This document shows, in pieces, positions 1 to 13,320 of a stretch of DNA of 64,000 nucleotides. The stretch comes from Amoebidium appalachense (Eukaryota > Protista > Ichthyosporea), in NCBI GenBank assembly GCA_963693365.1, contig CAVNZM010000013.1, positions 124,001 through 188,000 of the forward strand, given 5' to 3'. Position 1 is the stretch's first letter; each line of letters starts with the position of its first letter. The translations under genes and the position numbers were made by a program. The notes beneath the pieces were generated by a model. That model was not told the origin of the DNA. It saw only the letters and a program-made list of their open reading frames with translations, and searched no databases.

Positions 1-1605
1 TGTAGAGCTTGCGCTGTGGATGCGTGGTGATATTTCCCTGTTATTTTCTCTCCAAAAAGGATATGGGTCTGTGTGGTGACGCGCGTGTGTCGTGTGGCGG
101 GGGCGATAAACGACAGAACCGCCATGATCGACACATTTCTCGTAATAGACGTACGTCTCGTGGTCAGAGGAGTGTCCTGTTGGACTGGAAAACGGGCGCC
201 TGTGTGGCTCCCTCTCGGTAAAAACCACGTTTCTGTGCTTCAAATCCCATGGCATGTTTGGTGAGTGGGGCGCTGAATGCGCCTTTGGTGAATGGCAAAT
301 CTCCGCTGCCATTTCTACGCTGTCACTGAAGCGGGAACTTCAACAGAAACCTTGATTGTTCAGGGGGTAAAAAAAAGGAAGGGTTGCTTTGGAGGTGATA
401 TTTTGCACGCGCTGTGGCACGGGGTAGAGATTATAGTAAAAGCCGATGTGGGTGATTGAAAGCAGAGAGTTTTGGTGCACCATTGCAGTATGCACACCAA
501 AAGGCCATTCAACACGCGTCAAAGTTTGTATTGCTGAGTTTCTCTTCTTTATTCGGTTTCGTCACGGTGGTTCTCTATCTTCCTCAAAGCTTGCTGGGGA
601 GTATGTCAATGTTGTGTTTTACTTTTTGGGGGGCACCTAAGTGTTTAAAGCTTCAACCTTTTTCAACATGTAGAGGTCAAAGACATTAACTGAAAGCTTG
701 CTTATTCGTACACAGTTTCGCTGGCCCGGGTACCATATCAGGAGCGGGCAATTTTTGAATTCTCCCTCCCCGGCCCCGCCGGGGAAAATTTGAGGTTTTT
801 GGACCTCAAAGAAGTCAAATCCTGCAAAATCCACTACCGGGAGGCCAAAAAGGGTGATTTTACAAAAAAGGAGGGACATACATGAAAAAGAGAAAATGGG
901 CGAGTTCAGTGGGCTGCCGATAAGTATATTTCGTGCTGGGCCGGTATACATGCTGCCGTGGTTGTTGCTGTAGACGGCAGTATGGCATCGCATGTGTCAC
1001 GTGACCTGCACGTGAATGCGACCATGTGCAGGCACTGAGTCTAGGGGGATTTGTATGTGTGTTTTGGAGCACCGACAAGGCAGAGCCAGGGTGAGGGATG
1101 TGTAAACATGGAGTTTAGGGAGATCGTGCTGCTATTGTAACATGTGCACAAAACAGCCACGTGCACCGGCACACTCCGGTGTACAGAACAATAATATGCA
1201 CATGCGTCACTGTAATATCATGTATGCGCATGCCGCACAAGGTTTAGGAGACCACCACAGTATATACTATTTTCTTTTGGTTGATATCCATGTAGGAATG
1301 GTGTGTTGCAGTTGTCATGATCAGCCTGAGGCAGGCACGTGCACTCACTGAATCACTAGAACTCATGAATAAAAAATACATTCGCTAAAAACGGCAAGGT
1401 AAATTTGGGGCCAAGCTATTATTTCCCCCTTTTAAACGTTTTTTTAGCTCCAAGAACTTCGACGCCAAAATTTCTATATTTGGCCATCGTATATGATAAT
1501 GAACACGTGTACTTAAATTAAAGTAGTTATATAAATATGAGCGGCCCGTTACAAATACAGTGACGAAAAACAGTGACCCACGAGCAGTTTTTCTTTCTAT
1601 CCCCC

Positions 1606-1636
<31 letters not shown>

Positions 1637-2959
1637 ACACACACACACCAGACACACACACCACCACCACGGTGACCACCACCACCACCACCACCACCAC
1701 TCACCCCTTAAAAAAACCACACACATACGTGCACGTGTACACACACACACAGAACACCACCACCACCTCCACTGGACCCCATTTCCTCGTTGTTTTCTTA
1801 AGCCTTCAGACCAGTCCTGCACACTGGAGTTAAACAATTGAATTCACCTAGGCTGACATGCATCCACCCCCGCCTTCCACTTCCCCTCCCCCCCACCCCC
1901 TCCCCCCACCCCCCCCACCCCCACCCCTCCCCCTCGATGAAGAAGGGCCCCCGTAAGCCTTGGGGGGGGGGGGGGGGAGGGGGGAGGGGAAGGGGGAGCT
2001 CTTGAGCCTCCGGGTAGGGAAGTGGGGTCCGGGGATCCGGAGAGGGGAGGGGGGGGGGGGGGGGGGGAAGGGGCATATAATATTGGGCCTAGATATCATA
2101 GTATGGGGCCCCGGGGGAGGGAGAGGTGGGGGGGGGGAGGGGGGAGGATCCACGGGAAAGACCTTTAGGTGCATGTTCTTATTTATACCCCCTTCGAATC
2201 ATCCCCCTCTCCCCCCCCCCTCCCCCCCCTGAGTGCAGGCCGTGACGTAGCTACGATAACCCTGCAGAAGGCAACAAAAATGTATTAATTACTAGCACTA
2301 TACATGTGTTCATAGTGCAGCTTGCACCACGTATGATCTCAGCAACTTTAAAGTAGTCACAAAGTTTAGTTATTTTCATTATTTTCATTGCTCTGAACTC
2401 TATTACTCTGAAATGATCACCGTGCATGTGCCGCAAGATAACAACCCTATATGTGTGCAGCTGCTGCCTGCAGGTTAGACTCGCTGAAAAGACAATTGTC
2501 AGTGTGCACCCGACGCTTGCAGCTGCAGCTAGCCTCTGCAACATTAATACTTGCCAAGTGAATGCTCTTACACTTGATCATCATTCACTCAAAAAACCGA
2601 GGACCGACAGATTAAATATTAATGTCGATCCGAATGATCAGCAAGTGTCTATGCGTACTACTATATATACACACACGTAAAATGCGAAGCTATCAGTTAC
2701 AAGGCACACCTGCTGCACTGGCACACATACACATACACACCGGCAGATCGATGCTGTCAAAATTTACTTTCATGTACTTCGTAGGTCCGACACAGGTGCA
2801 CATGAACACGTACATATGTACAAGCCGCGCACACACCACACCACACATACACACACACACACACACACTCACACACACACACGCACACACGCACACACGC
2901 ACACACGCACACACGCACGCACGCACGCACACACACACACACACGCACGCACGCGCGCG

Positions 2960-3023
<64 letters not shown>

Positions 3024-3464
3024 GACACACACACACACACACACATCACTGGGTGTGCTCGCTGGGGATTAGTTTTTTGGCACGCTGTTGACTTTATCGT
3101 GTGTTTATTATTTGCTATTTATTGGCCAGCGGCCAACATTTAAAAATATACTATATACCTAAAAATAGATACTGACTACGGCCAGCAGACATTATACACC
3201 TTCCAGGACACATTAACACCAATAGTCTAACACACCATACTCTCGATCACAAAGAATTCCTAACAAACAGAGAAAAGTGCAAAGGCTCTGTACTATTACT
3301 CAGATTCTAAATTTTAATTCTTTACAGTAAACTTCGGAATGAAAGCTAGCCCCCCCCCCCCCCCCCCCCCCCCCCCTCCCCCTAACATGACTGTACGAAG
3401 AACAGGTATAACTTGAAGCACTACAACACATATGAGATCCGTTACATTGGTGTACATTCCAATA

Positions 3465-5121
3465 TTAGACACTAGTTTGGCTACTCTGACTACTCTGAGA
3501 TCCTGATTGGCTGCCTGCAGACTTGCGGCCACGATTACTTTGCTTTCGATCGTGCCATTGCAGCTGCGTCTCTCCAGCAGGTGGCAACGCCAGGCCCAGC
3601 ACAGCAGATGCACGAGAAGGGGGTGGGAACTGCCCACCAGCCGAGGGCTGGCCCACATGGCCCAAGTAAGGATGGGGACCGTGCTGCGGCAGTAGCCCAG
3701 GCATGGGGAAGGCAGGGCCGGGCTGAGGCGGCATGATGCCCCACGGTGGGGGCCAGCCATGTGGGTGGTGCGGGCCTGGATGGGGTGCAGGGGGCATGTG
3801 CGGCACATGGCCCTGCTGCATGTCAAGCGCGGGTGCTGGTGGCATGGCATCCTGATTGGCTGCAACCCAACGTGGGCAGCTCTTGGCCCGATTGGAGCCG
3901 GGGCAGCCCTTGCCCTGGCGGCCACACGTCTTGCAGGTCTTGGGGGCTCTCTGGGGTGGCTGCATAGGAGGGGGCACCGGCAAATCCATCTGCAGGGGCC
4001 CCTCAGGGCCAATGTTGCGATGCTTTTTGCCCACTAGCATGGGCAAGGGCCGCTCACGCTGCGCCCCTGCATCGACACCGTCTGGAACAGGGAGGGGTGG
4101 CAAGGGGGCAGGCCGTATGGTTGCTGGCACAGCGTCTGCCCTCTCCTCGCGCATACGCTTGCGGTGATCTGCCAGGCCCTCGTGTGTGGAGCGCTGTGCA
4201 TGTGCCGTCTGCCAGGTCTTCCACTTGTCGAAATGCTTCTTGATGTAGGCCGCATCCTTCATGTAGATTCCCCCAGCCACAGAGGCAGCCTTGTTGAAGT
4301 CTTGGGCCAAAGCCTCGAACAGCTGGCCGTTGGGCTTTGCATGTGCCTTGTAGGTGCCCAGGAGCAGCGTGCTGAATAGCTTGCGCTCCTGAGGGGTAAG
4401 CACCGGAAGGAAGGGGATGGCCACATGTTGCTTCTGCGCCAGGAACTTGTAGTCGCCCCTCAGTGCAGGGTCCGGCTGTGGTGCACCACGCGCCACCTGG
4501 TTGCCCCCCCCCCATGGCAGCACCGTCACCCTCCTCGACCTCACAGTCCTCTGGCCCGCCCATCACGCCATTGGCTGCAGGCTCGATGTTATCAGACGGA
4601 GGTGGGGGTGCGGGCACCGCAACTGGCTCCTGCGCCGGGGCATTGGCCACACAGGAGAGCGGGGCAAAGTTGAAGTACTCCTCCGGTAGCTTGTAGCAGC
4701 CTACGGGTACCCACTGGGGGTCGAGGTGATGGCCGTACAGCATCAGCGCCAGTGCCTCCATGTCGTCAACAATCCAGGGGCTGTAGTGGGGGGGCCCCGA
4801 TGCCTGGCCCAGGCGGTTGCGGTAGTGTGCACGCAGGTTGTGGCGGTGGCGCCTATTGGACATGGTGGCGTCCAGCAGGCGCAGCGACATGCGTGTGGCC
4901 CCAAAGTGGGTGGCCAGGGGGTTGTGCACTGCCCCCTCCACCTCGTTGGTGCCCCGGATGCAGCGGTAGCGCATGAGCCCATCTGCGTCGGCAGTGGTCT
5001 CGTAGTAGAGGGGCAGGCCGGGGGGTCCGACAGACAGCCATTTTGGGCGTGTTCGAGCAGCGACTGTGGGGGCACAAGCAAACATCAGAGAGATGGGTGG
5101 GTGGTGGTGGTGGTAGTGTGT

Positions 5122-5184
<63 letters not shown>

Positions 5185-5256
5185 TGGGGTTGCTAAGGAA
5201 AAAAACGAGCAGGGAAAGGCAAAAAACAACTGGCTAGGCAGCAAGGGCCGTGCGGG

Positions 5257-5320
<64 letters not shown>

Positions 5321-5923
5321 TGTGTGTGTGTGTATGTTTGGGGGGGGGAGGGGGGGGGGGGGGGGGAGGCTAGGGTGTGCGTGTGTGTGCAGATGAACCA
5401 AGGATGACAAATAAGCGAAGAATCTTTTCTGTGGTGGTGGAGTTGTTGGGCGCCTGCAGGGGGAGGGGGGGGGGGGGGGATGTTGCCTCGAGTCTTTCAA
5501 AGCCATCCTTCTTGAACAGAGGCTTGCCATCCGGTCCGGGCGGCACATCCTTGTAGGTGTTTTTGAACTCCACCAGCCGCGAGACCAGCGTGTATGGGTC
5601 GGGAATAACCCGCCGGATGCGCTCCATGAAGTAGCTCAGGTCGCCGCCCTTGAGCTCGGTTTCAATGTCGATGCCCTTCTGCTCCAGCACCCCCTGTGAG
5701 GCAGGATGCCAATATTAATTTACTACGCACACTGCAATTTGGGTTTGGTAGACTTTGATACCTGCCGTTATTGTAGGACCCCTCCCCTCCACCCCCCCCA
5801 TCTTCTCCCCCAACACAAGTAAAAAATGCATGTGGCTATTTCCCCCCACAACCCTACATTATTTCTCTCTAGGCATATGAATAACCCCCACTCTCCTCCC
5901 CCCCCCCCCCCCCTCCCCCCCCC

Positions 5924-5959
<36 letters not shown>

Positions 5960-8644
5960 TTGCCCCCCTCTCTCTGAGGCTCAGGCTCTCTCTCTTCCCT
6001 CAGAAGTTTTGTCGAAGGTGTGCATGGTTGTGGGTGGAATGGTGAGTGTGTGCTAACGAGTGTATGTGTGTGTGCGCGTCAGTCACGCATGTTGTTGTTG
6101 CCGTTTTTTTTATTTTTATTTTTTATTTTTTATTTTGGGGGGGGGGGGAGGGGGGGGGGCACCTTCACATGTCCGTAATCCTCTTCATTCCACACAAATA
6201 TTGCCTCGCTGAGTGCGCGTGCGTACTCAGCCCTGCGGGGGTGTGACTTGTACGTGCCGTCCGCCGTGTTTGCAATGGAGTGGAAGGCGTCATTCAGCAC
6301 AGTCTGCCACACCACCTCCCCAGGCGGTGCCTGGCCCAACATGCCCTCTCTGGGAGCTGCCTCGGGTCCCCCTGGGGCTGCCTCAAGGCCCCCCCGGGGC
6401 TGCCTGGGGGTCCTGGGGGGGTGCCTGTGGGCCGGCAAGGGGTTGCTGCTGCTCGGCAGGGGGAGGACTGGCAGGGGGAGGGGCTGGGTCAGGGACCACC
6501 GGCACCTCGGCACCTGGGTCCGGTGGGGGCTGAATGGGCCGTAGCCACTGCAGGTGCACCATCAGCTCAAAGGGCGGCGGGCCCAGCTCTCCCAGGGTCT
6601 TGCCCTTGTCGGGGCCAAAGGGCACCTGCATGGCCGGCGACAGCACCTGATCCACCCGCACCACTGCATGCTTCTTGCCCACCTTCATGCCCCCCCAGCG
6701 CTCCGGCTGCACAGCCAGCACCACCCCGGTGGCTGCTGCAGCATGTGGGCCCCGCCGGGGCACAATCTCAACCCCTTCACCGAGTGCCTTTGCATGAAGC
6801 CGCGCTGCATGTCATAGAGGGAAGCAAAAAACTCAGCCAAAAAGCCACAGCACCAACGTTTTTCTCTTCGCTCCACAAAAATCAAATGCATATTCCTTAG
6901 CAACCCCCTTCCCCCCCCCCCCCCCCCCCCCCCCCCTTCTCCCTCCCCCCCTCTCCCAGTGCCCAGCTTGTGTGGCACTTGCACGTGTTAACAGTGCTAT
7001 AGCCCCCCCCCCCCCCCCCCCCCCCCCCCACCACCACCACCACCACCACCAATCACCCCCTCCTTTGATAGCCACCCGACACCCAGCATAACACAACTGG
7101 AACACTGGCCCATGTGGTCAGCCACCCCCCCCCCCCCCCCCCCCCCCCCTCCTCCCCCTCCCCTCTCCTCTGGGGGGCCCACAATCTTTCTATATCTGGC
7201 ATAAGCACATAAGCACTGGGGCAAAAAGCAGGTGGGATACACACCTGACAGGTTTGGCCTATCGACCACGGCCGAGTAGACCTGCAGGGACGCATATGCA
7301 TCAAGGGCAGCGTAGGTGGCCTGCACCTCTGATAGCGGCTCGTGCCAGTTGGAGCATCGAACAAGTGCCGGCTTGGGCAGCTTCTTGCCTATGACCTGGG
7401 CAGTGATGTCGGCCAAGCCCCGGGCCGCAGAGGTGATAGCTGCACGGGCATAGCAGAACCGGCCCAGCTCCAGATAGCTGGCCACAGGGGTGCCGTAGTC
7501 CTTGTTGAGGTGGGCCGAGTCCGTGCCGATCTGCTTGCCCACCTTGATGATGCTGGGGTCCCTAAGCAGCGCAATCAGCTCGTCCACCAGCCGCGCGGGC
7601 GGGCTGTGGTTGGGGCCCATGCGTGCCAAGTGGAAGATGTACACGGCCCGTGCGGTGGCAATCTGCAGCGTGCAAACCTTGGACCGCGCCTGGCCCACCC
7701 GATAGACCCACTCGCAGTCCAGCCCCACCACGCGGTGCTGCTGCCCCTCCAGGTCGGCACGAATGGCCGCTGTAGCCACCACCGCCCCCTGGCAGTCGGT
7801 GTACACCGGCTTAGGGTAGTTGGCCGGCAGCTCCAGCCCAGGCAGACCGTCCGTCACGCTTACCAGCGCAGCCTCGTTCAGACGGACGGGGCATTTTGGC
7901 CGGGCTAGGGTTGGAAACATGCGCTCAACAAACGCCCGGTCTTGGCAGCACCGATCTGTGTAGAAGAAGGCCGGGCCCTTGCTGTTGAGCGCCGCCGTGG
8001 TGGCAGAGATGCGCTGGATCACGGGCTCAATCTCCTGGTGGCTGCAGTCCCGTGTAAATACCTGCGCCCGGATCTCTGGGGTGCCGCACTGTGTGAGAGG
8101 GCATCTCCGAGCAGCCATGCATGTTCTAGCTTCCCTTACCACATGGCCCTTCACGAGACTTCAGTGCCCACACAATCCTTTCCCCCTCCCTCCCCCCAAA
8201 CCCATGTGCCCACATACTTTCCCCTCCCTCTCCCCCAAAACCCTTCCCCCTCCTTCCCCCCAAACCCATGTGCCCACATACTTTCCCCAGGCCTCCCTTT
8301 CCCCCAAAATCTTCCCCCCCCCCCCTCCCCCTAAACCCATGTACCTACAATCCTTCCCCCTTCCTCCCCCTAAACCCTTGTGATCACAATCCTTTCCCCC
8401 TCTCTGCCTTCCCCCCAAACCCATGTGCCCACGATCCTTCCCCACTCCCCCTCCCCCCAAACCATGGGACAGCCCTCCATATGGCACCTACTGTCCCCCC
8501 CCCCCCCCCCCCCCCACCCCACCCCGGGCCTCTTGCCCTCTCTACCTTCAACCCCGACGGTGGTGTCTCTCCCCCCCCCCCCCCCCCCCCCCCTGCATCC
8601 CTTGCAATCACTGGCCCCTACTCCCATTCTGCTTGGCAGAAGCT

Positions 8645-8700
<56 letters not shown>

Positions 8701-8930
8701 ATTCCCCGCCAAAAGAAAGCTCCACCCCAGCCCACCCCAATCTCTACCCAGCAAAAACACATACACACATATCTGGAGCTTCCTAGTTTTTGCTCGACAG
8801 GGCAAGAATTGTCCCCAAAACCCACATACTACAAACCTCTACTCACAGTGTGCCACCTCATTAAATGTGGAGCCTAAGAGATTTAAAGGCCCTAGAGGGG
8901 GGAGGGGGGGAGGGGGGGAGGGGGGCGTGT

Positions 8931-8961
<31 letters not shown>

Positions 8962-9396
8962 GGGGTGGGCGTGTGTGGGGGGGGGGGGGAGGGGGGAAGG
9001 GGGCCTGGGGGAGAGTGGGGGGAGGGGGGAGAAGAGGAGGGACCACACACCGCCAAGCTCGTTTACACAAGTCCATAGGCCTCGGTACAGAGGCTCCCCA
9101 TTGATGCCGGTGAGCTTCCCAATTTGGAAGGTGTGGTCGGCCTTGAGCACGTTGTTTACGGGCTTGAGCTGCGTGTCCAGGCTCTGGTACTTTGCCGTGC
9201 GGTCGCTGAACTCAGTATACACGGCACTCAGGTATTTGCCTGAACCCCAAGTACTGTTAGAACTCCACCACCCTCCCATCAGGACCATCCCCCCCATTCC
9301 CTCTAGTCCCTCGTGTTCATCTCACCTCTCTGTATTTTCGTAAGTCTGTATGGCTTTTCCCATCTCAAAAACGCTACACACCCATCTCCGGCCGTT

Positions 9397-9437
<41 letters not shown>

Positions 9438-9621
9438 CCCCGCCTCCCGGCGCGCGCAAACCCTCCAAGTCATTGCACCAACTTTCACCTTCTTTCCCCT
9501 TTGTGCCCCATCTGCAGTTTGTCCCCTGCACGTCCGTTTGCCCTTCCCCCCACACCCTCCTGCCACTACTATAATAACCATTAAGTACCGCCACCAAGAT
9601 CCAGTCTACCACCATGTGCCC

Positions 9622-9662
<41 letters not shown>

Positions 9663-9929
9663 CTCTCCACCTCCTTTCCCCCAACACACACAGACACACA
9701 TGCGCACACCCACCATCTAATTTCAGGCATAACAGTTCTCCACGATTTCCCAAGCACACTCACTGGTACATGGACCGTTATGCTTTCACCCCTCTGATGA
9801 TCCCTCTGCCCCCCCCCCCCTCCCCCCCCCCCCCCCCCCCCCCACCACCACCACCACCACCACCACCACCATGACTGATTGCCACCACCACCACCTAATC
9901 CATCACCATGTCCCCCCTCCCCCCCCTCC

Positions 9930-9960
<31 letters not shown>

Positions 9961-11353
9961 ACACGGACCCACAAGTACACGCACACTCACAGGCGCACAT
10001 CCACCACCACACATCCACCACCACCATAATAGAAACTTATTGACCACACTTCCAAAACCCATTTCCAAGTCCCCCCCCCCCCCTAAAAAAAAAATAAAAA
10101 ATAATAAAACAAAACCCTACCAAGCCAACCCAAAAAATGCCCAAGCACGTGCATACAAAACAATGGGGACCATTTACACACCCAAAATGCAGTGCACACT
10201 TGCCTGAAGGCACATGTCCAGCGTAACCATTTTTGTCACCAAACGCCGAGAACTTAGCCGCCTGCTCCTCTGGGGGAAGTTCTGTCAGGCGCTGGTCGTG
10301 GGGGCGGAAATCGTTACGCTTTTTGAGTTCATACTTGGTCCAATGCAGCGCCCTCGAGTAATACAGGAGCCGCTGCTCGTCGTATCGCTGCTTGTGGAGC
10401 TCCGAGAGGAGGGTGGCAAAGGCGTTTGGGCCCACACCTTTGTCTGCCAGTGCACGCAACAATGTTACCACCTTTAGGTCGAGCCCACTGCGGTGGCTAA
10501 GGTAGGCCGGAAACTGATCACGCATGAAGAGTGGAAGGCGTTTAATTGTCTGGGGGTTTGTGCCGGCAAAGTTTTTTTTGCATGTGTCACAAAAGTACCG
10601 GGCCGTGATAATGTAGTAGCAGCTGTCAAAGTCGATAACACGCCGTCCTACGGGGTTGCTCATGAACCCATTGCGAGAAGTACGGTGTGGGTTGGGGTGG
10701 TTGTGGGGGTCCACGTAGTGATCATCGAAGGGGCACGGCACCATGAAACCGGGAGACAACCTTTCCGGAAGCCAGGCAAAACATCTGGGTTTGTAGAAAG
10801 GCGCTGGATCGCCCCCAAATTTAAAGCCTATAATGGGAGGTGGAAGATGCCACCCCACAGGCGTCTTCTCATCTTTGAGACTCTCTTTCACTGTGTGCAG
10901 GTGCGACTTGATTGTTTCGCCCGCCGCGTCAGAAAACTCCTCTCCACCGTCATCCCCGTCCGTATTATCTTCTCCCTCTTCCTCCCCTTCATCCTCGTCT
11001 ACCCGGTACGCATCTGCTGCTGCATTTAGCAAAGGTTCCTCGTCGGGTTGCACCTGTATGTCTGGTGGGTGTGGAGCAGGGGCCCGATCCATTTCTCTTG
11101 GTAACGAATGGACGCTACCTGCCTCAACTACACGGGCCCTTATGTCGGCGGCCTTAGATAGAGGGGGCTGTTCGGGTTGTACGTTTACGTTTAGTTCCTG
11201 CAAAACAGCTTTGTTTGCCGTCCCAAAACCTGCAAAGTTCGCTAAAGGCTGAACAAATGCAGCATCTTTTTTTTTGCGCCCAGCTCCCTCCCTAGCTCCG
11301 CCTGTTTTATGCCCAGGGCGCTGTGTTGTGCCCTTAGGGCAGCCTGGCTTCAT
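3465..11353 (-). CDS. Dada-like DDE/DxxH DNA transposase with N-terminal DUF6729-like region and inserted DEDDy 3'-5' exonuclease (6 exons)
   Basis: Phase-consistent exons 11353-10204, 9239-9051, 8075-7245, 6804-6163, 5693-5487, 5063-3465. Catalytic pattern: KADHTF (D ~9137), WTCVNELGEIRAQVFT across a splice junction, FFYTDRCC (D ~7954), VLNDAFH (DxxH ~6290), GCLSDPPGLPLY..YRCIRGTNEVEG (E ~4937). N-terminal FAWLP..VPCP..GRRVIDFDSCYY..YFCDTC..FPAYLSHRSGLD block; C-terminal CxxC..C..C knuckle. Three single-base frameshifts, all in C-runs (~6392, ~5022, ~4508). Start ATG 11353 is inferred. Confidence 0.8.
7270..7800 (-). other. WRN/EXD2/Mut-7-like DEDDy 3'-5' exonuclease domain within transposase exon 3
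   Basis: ExoI VVGLDCEW, VCTLQIAT, ExoII IIKVGKQIGTD, VRCSNW, ExoIII QATYAALDAY: all four acidic residues and the Tyr are present. Confidence 0.9.
8165..8470. repeat. Degenerate intronic minisatellite (CCCCAAACCCATGTGCCCACA core, ~6 copies)
   Basis: Recurrent aaacccatgtgcccac/acaatccttcccc units in transposase intron 2, giving repeated SPQTHVPT in translation. Confidence 0.75.
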
Positions 11354-13276
11354 TTTAAACACTTGGGGCCTGGCCCCCTGCCCCCCTAGTGCGACTACGT
11401 TACCGCAAACATTCCCGTATTCCAGTGTGCTCGGCAATGCTGCTCATGGCCTTCCCGGACTGGTTGTGACCAGTAAAGAGCGCGCCAATTCCTGACCGCC
11501 GCCTACAGCAGTGTATGATCTGTTATCCATATTCGGATTGGATGCGGCTTGTCAGTTTGGAATGCACGCGCAGCTCACTGAGCCACCCGGCATTTGACAC
11601 CCCTCTGTTCTCGAACCCCCGCGATTGCGCGGCCACACTAATCTTGAAGCAAGTTTTCTTCGTTCTCGTTTTTCACTCTGGCCAAGATAAGGCGTGCCCC
11701 ACACCATCGGGTTTGATCACGCGCCTGGATCAAAGACCAGCTAAAAAAGATGGTGTGACCGCGTGCGGTCCAGTTGATCGTCCACTTTTTGAGTTTCGAA
11801 AAAAATCACTGCAGTAGCCTGGCGTGGCACCCGGCGAAGTGCATTGATCTACGCAGTGGAGCCGCGGGAACATGTGTTAAATTAGCTCATGCGGAGACTT
11901 CAAAAACGCTTTTTCCTACTAGTGTACATGCATGTGTGCCACTGGATAATGAGTCGTACTGAAAACTGCTTACCACAGCTGTGGTTGCGTATTACGTGAC
12001 CGGGTAAATATTGCGAAGTTGATTCCTGCTTGTGATCAAACCCGATGGTATGAGGAGCTCATGATTCACGATCAGCGGCAAGGGAAGTTTGCTTGACTCG
12101 ATTACTCTGCGAACATATCTTTGTGCGCATGTGCCTTCACTTGATGTTCTAAATTATTAGGATAAGTTGATGAGTCAGCCTCGGCTCCACTCGGTGAGGA
12201 TTCAGGCTGCAGAGTGAGCCTGCAAGGATCCGGAGGATGCATGTCGACGTCTTGGTGCAAGCATAAAGCTGTGCTCGCTGTAGCAGCGCTGACGCGTGGG
12301 GCCGGGTGGCACGGAGTCCTGATTGTCAGACTGTGCGGCACGCATCACTCTATGAGCAGAGCCCCCGTGACCCACTAAGTGTACCGGTACCAGAGCAAGC
12401 ATCGATATATCATGGCCACCTGTGCTTGATCGATGGAACATGTGCAAAACAACTGTCTGCTCACGGACACACCTAGTCGTCTGGAGTAGACGTAGGCTGA
12501 GTCTGACAAGAGTCAGTGTTCAGGTGCCATATCATCGGCACAACGTGCTGTTCTGGCTGTGTGGAGAAGAAGCCCAAATTTCCCCAAACCGTTTTTCTAC
12601 CGTCCCTGTCCGTGACGGCGGTACTGGTAAGCGATGGTGTGTCATGGCATCTGGGGGGATTAGAAATGCGATTTCAGCCAATTGACAAGCGCCATCTATT
12701 CAAAAGTTCAAATAAGTTCTCCCTAGCCTTTCGACTAGTCTCCAAGGCTATGTACCCGCTGGCTTACATAAGTGGCCGGGGCCTACGACGCTGCGGCCGG
12801 GTCCTACTGGCTGTAATGACCAATCAGATCGCTCAATATGTAATGACTAATCGGAATGCTCACAAGTTTTAAAGCGATCATTTAATCCCATTGTATAAAA
12901 TTACTGGGCAGGCGGATCATGTCTTCTTTTTACTAGTAGGCTTGGTTTACGTCATTTTGAACCAATAGCCGCTCGGAAAGTCAGATCCGATTACGCGCGA
13001 TCAAACTTTCTCTAGTGACTGTCCCCTGCGGCAACATATAAGGTATGTAATGTAGAGGCCGCAGGGAGACCGCACTCAAAATGACTTAACTACCTTTCGA
13101 CATCCTTCGATCGAGAGATGAATGTCCGTTTCAGATGATCGCTTGATTGGCTTCCAGAATCCGGTTCATGTGTACGCGTCAGTGCGCGTGCGCATGCACA
13201 CGGCGTACACGTACTACACGTCCTTTTGTATATTAGATTCTTTTGTAGCTGCAGGCAAGAGTGTGTGTGCCAGTTT

Positions 13277-13320
<44 letters not shown>

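Larger units (their letters stand above)
3465..11353 (-). mobile_element. Dada-superfamily-like DNA transposon (or domesticated derivative); ends not located, span given is the transposase gene only
   Basis: D..D..DxxH..E transposase related to MuDR/IS256-type enzymes, with an exonuclease between the second D and DxxH, an arrangement I recall from fungal and brown-algal Dada elements. No TIR, TSD or interrupted small-RNA gene was found. Confidence 0.6.

Noticed and set aside
1-340. Open minus-strand frame (MAAEICHSPK..MPWDLKHRNV..) running off the left edge
   Set aside because: No recognisable motif and stops in upstream frames; cannot be supported without the neighbouring window.
745-786. 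Sm-site-like AATTTTTG followed by a GC hairpin (snRNA 3' end?)
   Set aside because: No recognisable U1/U2/U4/U5 5' sequence upstream.
5399-5409. CAAGGATGACA match to U6 snRNA as a Dada target remnant
   Set aside because: Only 11 bp, inside an intron of the transposase, with no other U6 sequence.
12190-12290. CKH-containing peptide resembling a SWIM finger
   Set aside because: Lacks the CxC half and any supported exon context.
12970-13075. 5S rRNA-like words (CTCGGAA, GGGAGACCGC)
   Set aside because: Wrong spacing and no match in between; chance level.
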